DNA from: Sphaerodactylus townsendi | Taxonomy: Eukaryota | Assembly: GCF_021028975.2 (NCBI RefSeq) | Contig: NC_059426.1 | Coordinates: forward strand, 69,254,001-69,318,000 | Reading direction: 5' to 3' | Length of the DNA: 64,000 nt | In this document: piece after piece, positions 35,160-47,795 of the stretch | Position numbering within the stretch: the stretch's first letter is position 1 | Layout of the letters: each line of letters begins with the position of its first letter | Translations under genes and position numbers: made by a program | The notes under the pieces: model-generated | What the model saw: only the letters and a program-made list of their open reading frames with translations | Database searches by the model: none | Told to the model about the DNA's origin: nothing

Positions 35160-36265
35160 TTCTCTCGTGTCTTGTGTCTTGTCCTCAAAGAAAGAGGAAT
35201 AATTGACTGTTCTAACATCCTAAATACAGGTGTAATGAGTAAATTCCAAACACCTGTTTTCTCTTAAACGTAAACTGTAAAATCAATGCTTCTATTTAGC
35301 CAAAAGAGCTCTACAGAGTTCAATTTAAAGATATTCAGTTTTTGCGGTTGTAACAGTTTTTGCTTAATATTATGGCAGGTTATGCTTCTTTCCACTATGG
35401 CAAGTGCTGTCACCTTGAAGACATATTCTGCAACGTGTGTTTTTTCTATAAAATGATGAACCAATGGAGCATCCCAGACATGATTTTGAATCCTGAAGAT
35501 ATGTTCTAAAATTCTAACTTTTAATTTTCTGAAAGTTTGCCCAATATAAATCATATCACACCCACAATGTAATAAATAGACAGTGTTGTTGGTATTACTA
35601 TTTGAAAATTTCTCCAGTTTCTTTCTGAAACCCAATTCTTCTATTATAATTTTTTTACATTCAACTATACATTTACAAATGGAACAATCCCCACATTTAT
35701 AATGCCCAATAATATTGGGTTTGGTTTTAACATGTTGTGTGATGTCTGCTTTTACCACCATGATACCTAATGTTTTACTACACCTAAGTCCTAACAAGGG
35801 AGGGAGATGGCAACCAGGAAGATCTCTAACTATAGGCCAAATTTTAATGATGGTTCTTTTAATTATTTCACTGTGAATTGAGTACTAAAACGATCCTGAT
35901 ATCCTGTTCAAATTTATACTTCTAATGGTTTTTGCTAGGAAGAGGATTTGTCTTTCAATTTTATCAGCAATTTTTCTAGCTTCTCTAGCTTTTTTTACTA
36001 TGCTCCATGGGAACCCTCTGTTTGATAATGTCACTTCAATGTTTCTGGCAGCCTTTTTGTAGTCTCCATAAAAGGTGGAATCACATTTAATCCTCAAAAA
36101 TATACCATAGGACAGATTATTTTTATATGGTGTGTATGAAAGGAGTTGTAATGTAGATATCTATTTCTGTCAGTTGGTTTTTGAACAAGTGACACTGCCA
36201 TTGTAATTTGTTTAGTAATTCTTACTGTAGAGCCGTTTGGGCTAAATAGAAGCATTGATTTTTCA
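35160..36265 (-). mobile_element. Penelope-like retroelement: RT thumb remnant plus GIY-YIG endonuclease
   Basis: ORF 35264-35797 has CxxCxxC, VYLLHCGCDMIYIGQT, RILEH, WLN; ORF 35885-36097 has LRIK..S...NRGFP; inverted copy of the 3' end at 36225-36262. Confidence 0.88.
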
Positions 36266-36421
36266 ACTCAAGAAAAGCATTGTAGAACAGAGTTCCAACA
36301 AGGGAATTGAAGAAACTGGGGAAAGTGGTTTGATTGGGTGGATAATCTTCTCTTGTTTCCAAAAGGGCAACATTCCTCATGCCCGTCTTTTCTCCTGGTA
36401 GGAGCTGAATTCACCACAATC

Positions 36422-36654
36422 ATGACATCCCTTCATAACCTTCCATCCTTAAAACGTGTTGCAGTCTGTGGAGGCACTCATGGAAACGAGATGTCGGGAG
36501 TTTTTCTGGCCAAGCACTGGTTACGGGACCCTTCTGAGCTGCAACGTGACACATTCCATGCTACTCCCTTCCTGGGCAACCCTCGTGCAATTGAGAAGTG
36601 TGTTCGTTACATTGAGAGGGACCTAAATCGTACTTTCACTGCTAAATTCCTCAA
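36422..36654 (+). CDS. ACY3: Aminoacylase 3 (aspartoacylase family), coding exon 1
   Basis: MTSLHNLPSLKRVAVCGGTHGNEMSG...RYIERDLNR; Zn ligands HxxE; donor AA|gtgagt. An acceptor AG at 36400-36401 implies an upstream non-coding exon. Confidence 0.95.
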
Positions 36655-36962
36655 GTGAGTACCCCATCATGAAACATTCAGCTGATACTTCACAGAGTGG
36701 TAAGAATTTCTCCACTGCACTAGTTATTGGGGTAGGGCTAGCAACTTCAGCTGGCATTGCTCTGTACTGGGCTTGAGAATGCTGAAATGCACTGTCTAAA
36801 CCCTCTTTTGATGCTTGTTGTGAAAGCTTCTAGACACTCCATACTCCCAGACTAGTTTCCATGGGACAATGTGATTCCCTGTCAGGTGAACAATGAATTG
36901 CTTTCGGGGGAATAGCCCCTGCAGGAATCTACTCACCACCATTAACTATGTCTGTTGCTCAG

Positions 36963-37158
36963 TTCAAAGGACTCAAATATAGAATCCTATGAAGTTCAAC
37001 GTACTTGGGAGGTCAACCAGATATTTGGCCCCAAGAGCTCATCTCAGGCCTATGACTTTATGTTTGACCTGCACAACTCCACATCAAACATGGGTACCTG
37101 CCTTATTGTGGACTCAGAACATAGCCTGTTGCCCATGCACCTGTGTAACTACATTCAG
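36963..37158 (+). CDS. ACY3: ACY3 coding exon 2
   Basis: YEVQRTWEVNQIFGPK...FDLHNSTSNMG; 196 nt; contains the third Zn ligand His. Confidence 0.95.
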
Positions 37159-37251
37159 GTAAGGACTTCCTCAAAATCTAATTGATCTACCTTTCTGGAA
37201 GCAAATCTGAAATTCCCTTTGAGGTATTTTTCTTTGTTCTTCTATTTACAG

Positions 37252-37345
37252 AAACATTACACTAGGAGTCCTTGTCCCATCTACTTATATCAGCTACCAG
37301 AAGAAGAGGCCTGTGGCATAAATTCAGTGGCTAAGGCTGGGCTAG
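37252..37345 (+). CDS. ACY3: ACY3 coding exon 3
   Basis: KHYTRSPCPIYLYQLPEEEACGINSVAKAGL; 94 nt. Lacks the ASPA R168 equivalent, so ACY3-like. Confidence 0.93.
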
Positions 37346-39719
37346 GTAGGAAGTTTACAGCATGGACTAAACTTTCCTGATGACAATCCCTGCATGTGAC
37401 CAAACCCAACTGCCTAAGCAATTACTTGAGATGGATCATACAGTTATTAAGAGTGCTAATAAAGTCCTTTGGAACTTGACAGAAGAGGTGCATCACAGAA
37501 TTCCTTATAAAACTATGGATTCTGGAGTCTCATTCAGATCATGCAAACCCCCACAAAGGGCCCAAGAGTCTGACACAATACTCCAGAATGTATGTGCTCT
37601 CATGATGCACAGCACAACTATTTAAGGAATCAAAGTCTCTTGGGGTAGGCATGCCCAGTCTGCAAAATAGATATGTTTAAAGGTTCTCTTAGTTCCCTTT
37701 CTCACCCAAGAATTTCTGTCTCCATTGAGGAGATTTCTGTCTCCAGCTGCTCTCACTAATAAGTTTGTCTCTACATTGGCATTCAAACTGGGGTTGTTCA
37801 GTTGGGGGGGGGGGGGGTAAGGGAGCATCCATACAATATCTGTGGTAAAATGGGCAGTCAGGATTTTGCTCAGCAGGTCCAGAGATCAAACTGCTAGATT
37901 TCAATTTCCAGTATTATTCCACTCCCCAACCGCTTCGTCATAATTATAATTGTTTCCTACTGCCACCAACAGGTCAAAGAGTAGAAAGACTCTTTCTTGT
38001 TTCTTAAAATATTTATCTCCAAATTAAGAATCACTCTTTTACTCCAGTCTGTTATGATCAGGGTTCCTCAACCCAAGGATAACTTTATTTTCCCAAGAAG
38101 GGAGAGTCAGGAAAATAAGAAACTTGGGTCAGTCATTTGGACCTACCAGCCAAATAAGATGTAATGGATGGGCATAATAAAATCCATTCAAGGAGCAAGA
38201 ACTGAGGGTTACATACTGAGAGGCTCCATTGGCAGACAGCAGAGCAGCATCCATGAGTGGGGTTCATTTAAAAAGGCAGAAGTTTTAAAAGGTGAACTTT
38301 TCATTTGTTCTGAGTTCAAATGCTTCACCCAGATATGGTGTTTGCTCCATCTGAAGATAACTAGCATTTTCGCTGTATTCTCCTACTGTGATGGCTATTT
38401 TCCGTGTATGTGCTCCAATATAATTTTTAGTAATAAAGCTCCTTCCCTGTTTAAGAAAGTCAACTGTGTCTGAAATCCCATCCTAGTGCCAAGACCGCTC
38501 ATATTGCCTAAGGACATGCACTGCACCCACAGGGGGAGCTAAAGTAATGGGAAGTTCTGCCCTCTGTACTTGCTCAGAGGAAGCCTTACCAGTGTATTCC
38601 AAGGTGCTGGTTACTGAGGGGCTGGGTTTTATATCTTGGGATATAAAGAAGAGGAAACACACTTTTACAGTCAGGCAAAAATGCAACATGCATGTTAGAA
38701 CATACAGCCCCAGCGCAGGAATGAGACACAGTCTACCATAAAAATAGGAAAAAGATCTCACTTGCTAGGATTGTTGAACTTATGTCTCCTTAGGTCTGCT
38801 GAGATGCTACACAAAAAGACAAAGATTCTTTAAAAACCTATGATTACCTAGTGGAAAATTACCAGCAAGGGGGGGGGGGGCGCTCCTGGAGTGTGATCAT
38901 GTCATCTGAATGCAAAGGTGGTCCAGCCCCATCAGTGGTATTTCCTTCTGTTAGCTTGTTGTAGTCGCCATTTTTCCTGCCACACTACCATGAGGGCTTT
39001 TAAAAACAATGGCAATTGTTATAGCAGCTGCCCATCTCACAGATGTGAGAGGATAAAATGGAGAATGATGTAAGCTGCTTTGTCCTGATTGGGGGAAAGA
39101 CAATGCATAAATGAAGTAAATAAATTCAATAAAACGAAATAATAGAAAATCAACAACAGCACAAGGTTATAGAGTTATATCCTTTACCGTTGAAAAAAAA
39201 GCCTTCAAAAATGTATTCATAATCGTAATGAATAGAGAATCCACAGCTTATGGATGAAGCCTCCCTTTCTCCAAAATAGAGATTTTTAAAGGGCTTTAGC
39301 ACTTTTTAAAAATTTAAATCTTACTAGATTTAGAAGGGATGCCGCATCATTTGGGGTAGCAGATAGTAACACCAAACATTCTTTTTTTGTTGTATGTAAA
39401 GTGCAGGAGTTGCCAGTATTTATTAGGAATATCTAAGGTGATGTTCCTGTGCTTATTTGTAAATATGCAGTTGCTGAAATAATTGGGCATCTTTTCTCCC
39501 TGCTCGTACTTAATACTTTTCTTTCCTAGCTTAGTTATGTGGAGCATGATGTACTGACATGTTGGGTGTTGATGGGAGGGAATGATGGGGAATAGGAATA
39601 GCACTTACGGATGCAGTTAGGCAAAATTCAAGAAGGAAAATGCAACGTAGAAAGGGAGTCTGTGTGATAATTCCAACACTGTTTGACTAATGTGACCATC
39701 TCGATGTAATCCCCTACAG

Positions 39720-39827
39720 CATTAGAGTTGGGTCCACAGCCGCAAGGGGTAGTACGAGCTGACCTCCTTGTTCAGATGAGATCTGTTATGGCCTGTGCCC
39801 TGGACTTCATTGATCTCTTTAACAAAG
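39720..39827 (+). CDS. ACY3: ACY3 coding exon 4
   Basis: [17 protein letters not shown]...LDFIDLFNK; catalytic Glu; 108 nt. Confidence 0.95.
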
Positions 39828-40313
39828 GTGATCTAACCCATCCTGCTTTGTTCTACATTGATTCTTGGGATTGGAGGTTAAGTTAAATGAATATGACAAG
39901 GAACAAGTGTCACAATTGTTTTTTTCAGAAAAATAGAGCTTGTAGCCATAGTTTATAGTTTTATTGGTGAATGTCAACAATCACTGATTTCTAGCATTCA
40001 TAGTAAGAGAAAGAGCACATCATATATCACACTGAAATTATCTGAGGATACAATCACAGCCTATGATATAGGACTCTGACTTGCATTGGCCCATGGGGTT
40101 GTATTTCCCCATGGCTTCCATTTGGGAATGCACTTCAATAACAATTCACTTTCTGAAGCATTAACCAGCACTCAGATGCTCTATCTTACCAACGACCCAT
40201 ACTTTCTGTGGGTCAGTAAGGAACTTTTTTCTACCTTCTGAGTTAAAGAAAGCCTATGGGATGTTAGCCCTTTCTGTAATTGGGTTTCTTATACCATATC
40301 CTCTTATTATCAG

Positions 40314-40423
40314 GCATGTTGTTCCCACCCTTTGAGATTGACGCACACAAGGCTGTCGAACACATAGACTACCCCCGTTACCCTGATGGTGAGATTTCTG
40401 CTGTGATACATCCAAATCTGCAA
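40314..40423 (+). CDS. ACY3: ACY3 coding exon 5
   Basis: GMLFPPFEIDAHKAVEHIDYPRYPDGEISAVIHPNLQ; 110 nt. Confidence 0.95.
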
Positions 40424-40867
40424 GTGAGTATGGAGAAAGATGAGGGACAAAGGTGGGGAAAACTTTTGTGTGTGGAGCAAACTGTAACCCAGTATGTATT
40501 TTTGTAGTTTCTGTATCAGAAAAGCAACAGAGGGCAGAGCTCCTTTGTACCTTTAATGTGAGAATTTTGGCAGCTGCAGCTTGTCATGTCACAGTGTTGA
40601 AGAGTCAAGAAACAGTTCAGCTGCCCAAATACGCTCTGCTACATGCTGTTAAAGGTATGCATGCCCTCAGCTTCTATTCCATCCAATCCTGCAGGACTTC
40701 AAGAACTCTGCAGGGCAAATTATGGTAATGGTGGTTTCAGTATATCTGTTCAAATGTCCATTAAAGCCGCTTTTGCCACTCCAGTCCCTGATGGTGTTGT
40801 AATGAAGATAAAGGAACACAGGCTGTGGGTAGGATTCTTGATCTAAAACCAAACCTTCTTATCTTAG

Positions 40868-41062
40868 GATAAAGATTTCCTGCCCTTGAAGCCTGGAGAC
40901 CCCATTTTCCAGACAGTCAATGGGGAGGACATTTTGTACCAGGGTGATGATACCACCTACCCAGCCTTCATTAATGAGGCGGCCTACTATGAGAAGAAAG
41001 TGGCCTTTGTCAAGACGGAAAAACTCACATTCTCCTTTCCCGCGTTGCAAAAGAAGTTGTAA
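40868..41062 (+). CDS. ACY3: ACY3 coding exon 6 (last)
   Basis: DKDFLPLKPGDPIF...YPAFINEAAYYEKKVAF...QKKL then TAA at 41060-41062. Confidence 0.95.
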   Translation, partial: DKDFLPLKPGDPIFQTVNGEDILYQGDDTTYPAFINEAAYYEKKVAFVKTEKLTFSFPALQKKL

Positions 41063-44000
41063 CAAGTTGAGTTTAATTATGGTAATGAGACATCTAATAC
41101 ACTGCCAGAAAGCAATTACAGTCGTATAGTTTATATGTTCTGGGCTGTTATTTTACAAGTTATCCAAGGCCTCTACACTTGCAAAAAAAATTAAAAGAAT
41201 CTCAATCCAATCCATTCACTTGAGACATTTCCTGTGTTTATGTAGAAAGAGTAGTTCACGGAGTTTGCATTTAAATAACACACACTCACCTTGCCCTCAA
41301 CATGTTTCTTCAGATTGTCCTTTAATAATTATGGGACAGAATTGCCCTAGTTTTGTGAGCCAATATGGCCCTGTAGCATGGATGCTGGATGTAAACCTAC
41401 ATGCAGATCCTGCAGTCCAGCTGTGGGCTGCCTGGGAAAACTCAGTTCAGTTTCAATTTTCCTACTTACTCCAAAGATCCCTGTCACAGTTTCACAACTG
41501 CTAGGATTGATATCAGATCAGACAGATACAATAATTACATTATCTGTGCTATGTGTGAACAATGGGGATTCCTTGTCAGTTCTGAGCTTCTGTACAATTC
41601 TTTCAGCAGAAGATCTCCCAAAATGCACCAAGTTACGATTTTGGGTGCTTCTTTGCTAACTGCACCGACTTTATTCCCTCTTTGTTCAGACAAGGTTTGG
41701 ATTCACTAGCTTCAGGAGACTCTTGAGTATTTGAAAACCTTTGCAGCAAAGCCAACTTTAGCCTGTGTGATTGTTTCTTTTGTATTTTTATTTGCTCTTC
41801 CTAAAGTACCTGTCTGCCTGCAGAGTAATCAGGAAGAATATACATAGAAACAGTGTTCATTATTGCGTATTTTATGGAAGTACCTGAAGAACCTAGAAAG
41901 AGTTTCAAGGCACCCCATAACTGAAGAATTTCCAATAAAAAGTTTACACAGGTAAAGATTTTTGTTCTGTGAAAACTTCTAACTCTGCTAGCATTTTTCC
42001 AGTGGTTAAAAGAAAACGAAATAAGTGAGTTATGTATGCACTGGTGCTCCTTTCTCCAAGACCCTACAAATGATACTTCCCTATACTGTGGGCCCGCCAA
42101 GTCCAGACCCAGTGTTCTCTACTCTGACTAGCTAAAGAATGAAACTGGGACCTTGCACTTGCTAAGCAGGTTCTCTGCCAATTTGCTGTGGTATAAAGTC
42201 CTGCTGACCCTCAGCATAGGAGGGGGTAAGATTACTCAAACCATTGCACTGCACAAATATGTCCAGGTTTGGGCTTCAACAATGTCGTTCTTGGGAAGTG
42301 CTTATTAGACTGTAGTAACAGTGGGGACTCTTAGCAAACAGTTATCCAGAGGAAATTCTTTTGTCAGCTTTCTGGATAGGGTGACTTTACCTATTCATCA
42401 TCACTTGATCTGACTTCTAGATCTGACAGAATTAACAAAACAAACACACATTCTTATATTCAGCAATATTTGTATCTTAGTGTATCTTAGCACAGAATCC
42501 TTCCTTTGAATCCATGTCACTGCTTCTGCACAGGGGCCTTTCTTTGGTTTTGCAGTTTTATGCCAGTGAGACATGCATTCACCATTCAGTTCAGCCAGAC
42601 ATGTGCATCCTTGATAGAAATAAAATGTTAATTGTTGTAGATTTTCCTTTTTCCATTGCGGTCATGCCACTAAGTTACAAAGCTGTTTTTCTGAAAGATA
42701 AAACTTAATTGCACATCTGTAAACACCTGCTAGATTAGTATTTGCACTATATTGGAAATCAGACTCAAGTCCTACAGGACAAATTGATTCTGAAATGTAA
42801 GGAAATCTTTCTCCAAATCAAATTGACAACTTTAAAGAGAGGATATAGAAGCTCATGATGCACGGAGTCCTTTCCTTGGGGCTCTTCATAGCACAGTGGA
42901 GCCTTAGTGGGATCTCCTTGTACTTCTGTTGACCCATGAGAAGACACCCCACGGCACTGCCTGCTGTGCAGCTTGCCTGCCCCACTTCCAGGTTGATCCC
43001 AGTAGCTGCAAGATTTCTGGGTTTGTTATAGTCCTTTAAAGTTCTGTTATATTGATATTGCTGTTACTGTTATATTGATATTGCTCTGTTTTTGAAACAA
43101 AAGCAGTAGATCCAGCTGTTGTCTGAGGGAGGAGGCAGATTCGCCTTTTTGGTGGAACACTGGCAGGCTGCTTGCATACCTCATGGGATCCTACTCTCCA
43201 ATCTCTCCCAGCTCGCTGCTGCTACTGCCGCTGCCTCCCCCTCCTCTCTTTCTCCCTCTGTTCCTTTGACAGTTCTCTCTCTGCCCGCCCTCACAGAGCA
43301 GGGAGCAAGGAGGGGGAGCGGGAAGACCGGAGGGAGCAGAAATTCTGAAGAGAGGGAAAATATTGGGATCTCCCCGCTGTCACTAACTGCAGGGCTTTCG
43401 AGATCTTCAGCGCTATCAGTGTAAGTGTGTCTGTACAGAAATCTCTGCCACGAAGGAATGTTCCCTTGCTGCACAGGAGAGCAGCAGTGCATAATTGGCC
43501 AATGTGTCACAATTACAAAGTATTTAGGAAGCATTTCTTGTAAAAATATGTTTTAGCTGATGTGTAACATATAGCATAATAATAAATTTCACCAAAAAAG
43601 GATTGAAATATTAACTTTTGCACTTATTGGATACTTTAGCAGCAATCTGCAATGCTTCTGATGTCAAGAATGGAGACTATGATTGTGCAGAAGGTCTAAA
43701 TACTGCAGAATCACGCCTGCTCTATATCTCATTGATGATTGCAAATGATTTTCCATACCCAGCTGCATTGCTGTGGACTGCTGAGTATTTCCTGTTGATA
43801 GGGAAAGGGGACTGTGATGTAAGTTCTCTAGGTTAGGCCAAGCCAAATTGCCTCAGTCAGGATAGCTCAATTTGGACAGAGATAACAGTTCTCTTTGAGA
43901 TTCTTTGCACAGGGAGGTGGAGTTCAATATATAGCTTAATGTGCATGATTTTCATGAAGCCTGTGAAGGATCATGAATAGGGAGAAAGACTTCAGCCTTC

Positions 44001-44094
44001 TGTGGGCGGTACCAGGAGATGAAGATCCATCAAAGAGCAGCTGATTCCTTACAGCTACGAAAGCAAAGAGTTACTCCCATTCCATCAGATCTAG

Positions 44095-44123
44095 TTACCG
44101 AGATGACAGCATCATCACGAATT
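44095..44123 (-). CDS. CABP4: Calcium-binding protein 4, exon 6 (last)
   Basis: ttttcag|AA TTC; EFVMMLSSR then TAA. Confidence 0.92.
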
Positions 44124-44242
44124 CTGAAAAAAGTGGGGAAAAGAGAATCAGTTCTGACACTGAAATTCCTATGATGTTGCATATAACCAAGTTCTCCACA
44201 GCCTTTTTCTTCACATACCAGTAGAATGGGCAACAGTAGTGA

Positions 44243-44796
44243 GGTGAAGGCACTGGGTATGTTTAGCCTGAAGAACTGCCATGATAGCCATCTTCAAGTA
44301 TTTGAAGGGCTGTCATATCGAGAATAATGCAGAGTTGTATTCTGTTGTCCCAGAAAGTTGGACCAGAAGCAACGGGTTGAAATTAAATCAGCTAAACATT
44401 AGGAAGAACTTCCTGACAGTGCAGTTCCTCCGTGGAATAGGCTTCCCCAGGAAGTGCTGGTCTCTCCTTCTGTAGAGCTTTTTAAGCAGAGGCTAGATGA
44501 CCATCTGGCAGCAAAGCTGAGTCTGTGAATTTAGGCAGGTCATGAGAGGCAAGGCAGGAAAAGATGAGTCAGTGGCTCTTTTTTACAAGCCCAGGGTAAT
44601 GCTGATAACCACTTTGGGGTCAGGAAGAAAGTTTTTCCAGGCCATACTGCTCAGGGATTCTGCCTTCCTCTGAGCATATAGGAGGAGTCATAGGAGGTGT
44701 GGAGGTTGGGAGGTAGCTGTGAATTTCCTGTATTGTGCAGAGGTTGGACTAAATGACCCTTGAGGTCTCTTCACGCTATATTTTTCTGTGTATCCA
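44243..44796 (+). mobile_element. CR1 LINE 3' fragment
   Basis: LGMFSL...MIAIFKYLKGCH...TRSNGLKL...NIRKNFLTV and ggttggactaaatgaccct 3' end. Confidence 0.88.
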
Positions 44797-45397
44797 TATG
44801 TAGAACAGAGAAAACACAGGTGACACAGTAGTGGTCCAAATGTTTGAATTTTTTATTTGTATTAATTATGATGGAAACTGCACTCATGGCCGTGTAACAC
44901 TTTTTGGTGCATTTTTTAGTTTGTGTATGATTTCACAAAGAATATAACACCAGAGTATCTTTCTGAGTAATTTGCTTCTGAATGTTTTTGGGACTTTTGT
45001 CCTACTAACTGCTTTAGATTAGATAGCAGTTGCTGCGAGCCTTTGACAGTATAATTTGTTGCTGGATTTGAGATTGTGTTACGCTGATCCCCCCTTTATA
45101 GACATGAAGGTTTGTGTGTACAACAGAGAAGACACAGGTGACATTGCAGCCCTTAGGGAGGACCAGAGGGCTTCCAACAAAGGGAAGCCCCCCGCCCAGT
45201 GCTCTGATTGTTCAACCAACAGGGACAGTGGTGGAGACAGTATAGAAATCCTCTAGCATAATCATGTGTCACAGAGGTATGCTGTATAATAACATAGTCC
45301 TTGATCCACATAAACCAGAGTCAGAACATGGTAAAATTAGGGGTAGGTACAAGATATACGGAAGGGGATCACTGGGATATTTCTAAGAATCCCTTAC

Positions 45398-45545
45398 CAT
45401 CAAAGTCCACTCTTCCATCTCCATTGAGGTCAACATCATGCAGGATCTCATCCACCTCCTGGGCCAGGAGTTGTTGTCCTAACAGGGCAATCATAGCCTG
45501 CTGTAGCTCTGCTCCACTGATCATTCCATCTCCATCTGTATCAAA
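45398..45545 (-). CDS. CABP4: CABP4 exon 5 (EF3, EF4)
   Basis: [18 protein letters not shown]...[13 protein letters not shown]; AAG acceptor; 148 nt. Confidence 0.94.
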
Positions 45546-47189
45546 CTTCAGAAAGAAGAAAGTGAGTGAGGGCCTGGCTCTTTAGTTCTACCTACAACTC
45601 AAATTTCTTCTCTTTTTAAAATAATGCTCGCCCTCTTTCTTTCCCTCTCCAACAAACCTTTTCTCTTGCTGATCAAAACTCTCCACTATTGTCCACACTC
45701 TATCTCTGCTCCTCCACCTTAAGCTGCCATACATTTGGACTGGGCTTTGACACCCTTCACATGCATTAGCAATAGCATGGGAACTGCTTCCCTGTGGCGT
45801 GACCCCAGACTCATGACATTTTTAATTATAGAATTTCATACCTGCACAATATCTTAGGTACAGTACTAGAAATCAAAGGTGTGTAAAAACCTCGGTGAAG
45901 TTTTATTCAGTTTAGTTAGTCACCTGGAGCTTGCATTATGAAACAAGCACTTCTTCTCTTGCATGGGCCAGAAGGCAGGCCCAGAGACAGACATCCAACC
46001 AACTAGGCTACTAAGAAATGTTTCCAATGGTGGCCACCAGAGGCAGCCTCTTTCTGTTTTCAATTAGCTTGTGTTATTTAGCCATAATGGCTGTCCCTCA
46101 AGGAAACCATTTTGCCTACCATAATCACTAATTTTTGCAGAAGCAGCATGGCTACATACACTCTAATCCACAATAGCAGGGTCAGAACTTGAATGTGAGA
46201 CCACCAAGTAAGACTCTGCAGAGGAAGGCAATGGCTGGCAAACCCCCTCTGCTTCTTACTTGCCACTTGGAAGCTGCTTGCTGGGGTTGCCAGAAGTCAG
46301 TTGTGACTTGACAGCAGACATGTCCATAATCAGATAATTGCAAAGACTATCCTAACACTCAGAGAGATCTTCTCTACAATGTTGGAAACCTGTTATCAAC
46401 TTTTGCTGGTTTGTCAGTCATGGCCTTTATTGAGAAGAGAGATCTGGCAACAGTAATTCATGTCAGGATCTCCTTCAGGTTAGATAACTGTAGATATTGT
46501 ACACTCTTTGAAAACAGTTCAGAAACTTCAGTAGCAACATGATATCAAATAGCAATTTCAGGCAACATATTTCTCCAGTGTATAAAAAACTTTACTAGCT
46601 GCCTTCTTTTTAATTCTAGGTGCTAGTTAAAGCCTGAAATACCTTGGGACCAGGGTACGTTAAGGATAACCACCTCACGAATGAACCTTGCCCAAGCACT
46701 ATGTTTATCAGAGGCCCAATTCTATTGCCCCTGCCTTTGAAAATGAGTACATTAGCCATGAAAGTTAGGGTCTTGTGGAAAGAATGTCCATTTTCCTTTC
46801 ACCAGGATCAGAGCCAGGCTATTTTCCAGTATTTGTTCTGCCTAGCATTTTAATTGAACTTTACATACCACTTATCCACAGCATTATCTCAAGACGTTTT
46901 AGGTAACACCTTTGTTATTTTAGGTGCCATGCTGTTGACATTGTTTAATTAATATCTTCTAATTGCTATTTTAACTGCTGTTTATGTTGGCAGCATGTTG
47001 TTTTATTTCAGTTCTTTTATTGCAGCGTTATTTTATTGTTTTGGATGTTTTATTTTGTCCTTTTGCATTTTATGTTTTTTTAAACTACAACAAGTGACTT
47101 TAATCTGAGGGTACAGTAAATAAATACTGGAAATGTTATAAATTACAAATAACTGTAGATCCCTCCCAGCAAATTTCACGGCATAATAC

Positions 47190-47299
47190 CTCACGAAAGG
47201 CGATTTTCAGCTCCCTCACGCCCACCATGTGAGCTGTCTCCTCACGCAGCTTTGGGCCCATCATTTCTACAAAGTCCTCGAAATCAATACGCCCACCCA
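47190..47299 (-). CDS. CABP4: CABP4 exon 4
   Basis: [37 protein letters not shown]; EETAHM is CABP4-like. Confidence 0.95.
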
Positions 47300-47479
47300 C
47301 TGTGAGAAAAGAAAATGGGAAAGGGTCAGTTTCCCAAAGGATGGGAAGAAAGGCTAACTGGAATTAGGAGAACCTTGGGGAGATGAGCGAATTGTGTTAT
47401 AGTCTTAAGTAAAATGAGAGGATTGGATACAATGGACACAAGAAGGAACCAGAATTTTGTCTGGTTCCTGCTCCTTCCT

Positions 47480-47795
47480 GTGCTCCCCAATGAAAAGAAG
47501 AAGAGGAGGAGTCTGAATTTATACCCAACCTTTCTCTCCTGTAAGGAGTCTCCAAGAGGCTCACAAACTCCTTCTCTTCCTCTCCTCATAACAGACACCT
47601 TGTGAGGTAAGTGGGAAAGAATTCTGAAGAACTGTGACTAGTCTAAGGTTACCCAGCAGGCTTCATGTGTAGGAGCAGGGAAACAAATCCAGTTCACCAG
47701 ATTAAACTCCAGTGCTCATGCGGAGGAGTGGGCAATCAAACCCAGTTCTTAGGATTAGAGTCTACCTGTTCTTAACCACTACACCATGCTAACTC
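47480..47795 (-). mobile_element. tRNA-derived squamate SINE (Squam3-like)
   Basis: Minus-strand A box tggtgtagtggttaag, B-box-like segment and (CTT)n tail; older copies near 48470-48700 and 27330-27510. Confidence 0.75.

Noticed and set aside
36422-41062. Calling the gene ASPA
   Set aside because: Lacks the Y164/R168 equivalents, has GNEMSG and LELGPQP, and neighbours TBX10.
41190-43590. PolyA sites for ACY3 and CABP4
   Set aside because: Several candidate hexamers on both strands; cannot choose among them without transcript data.
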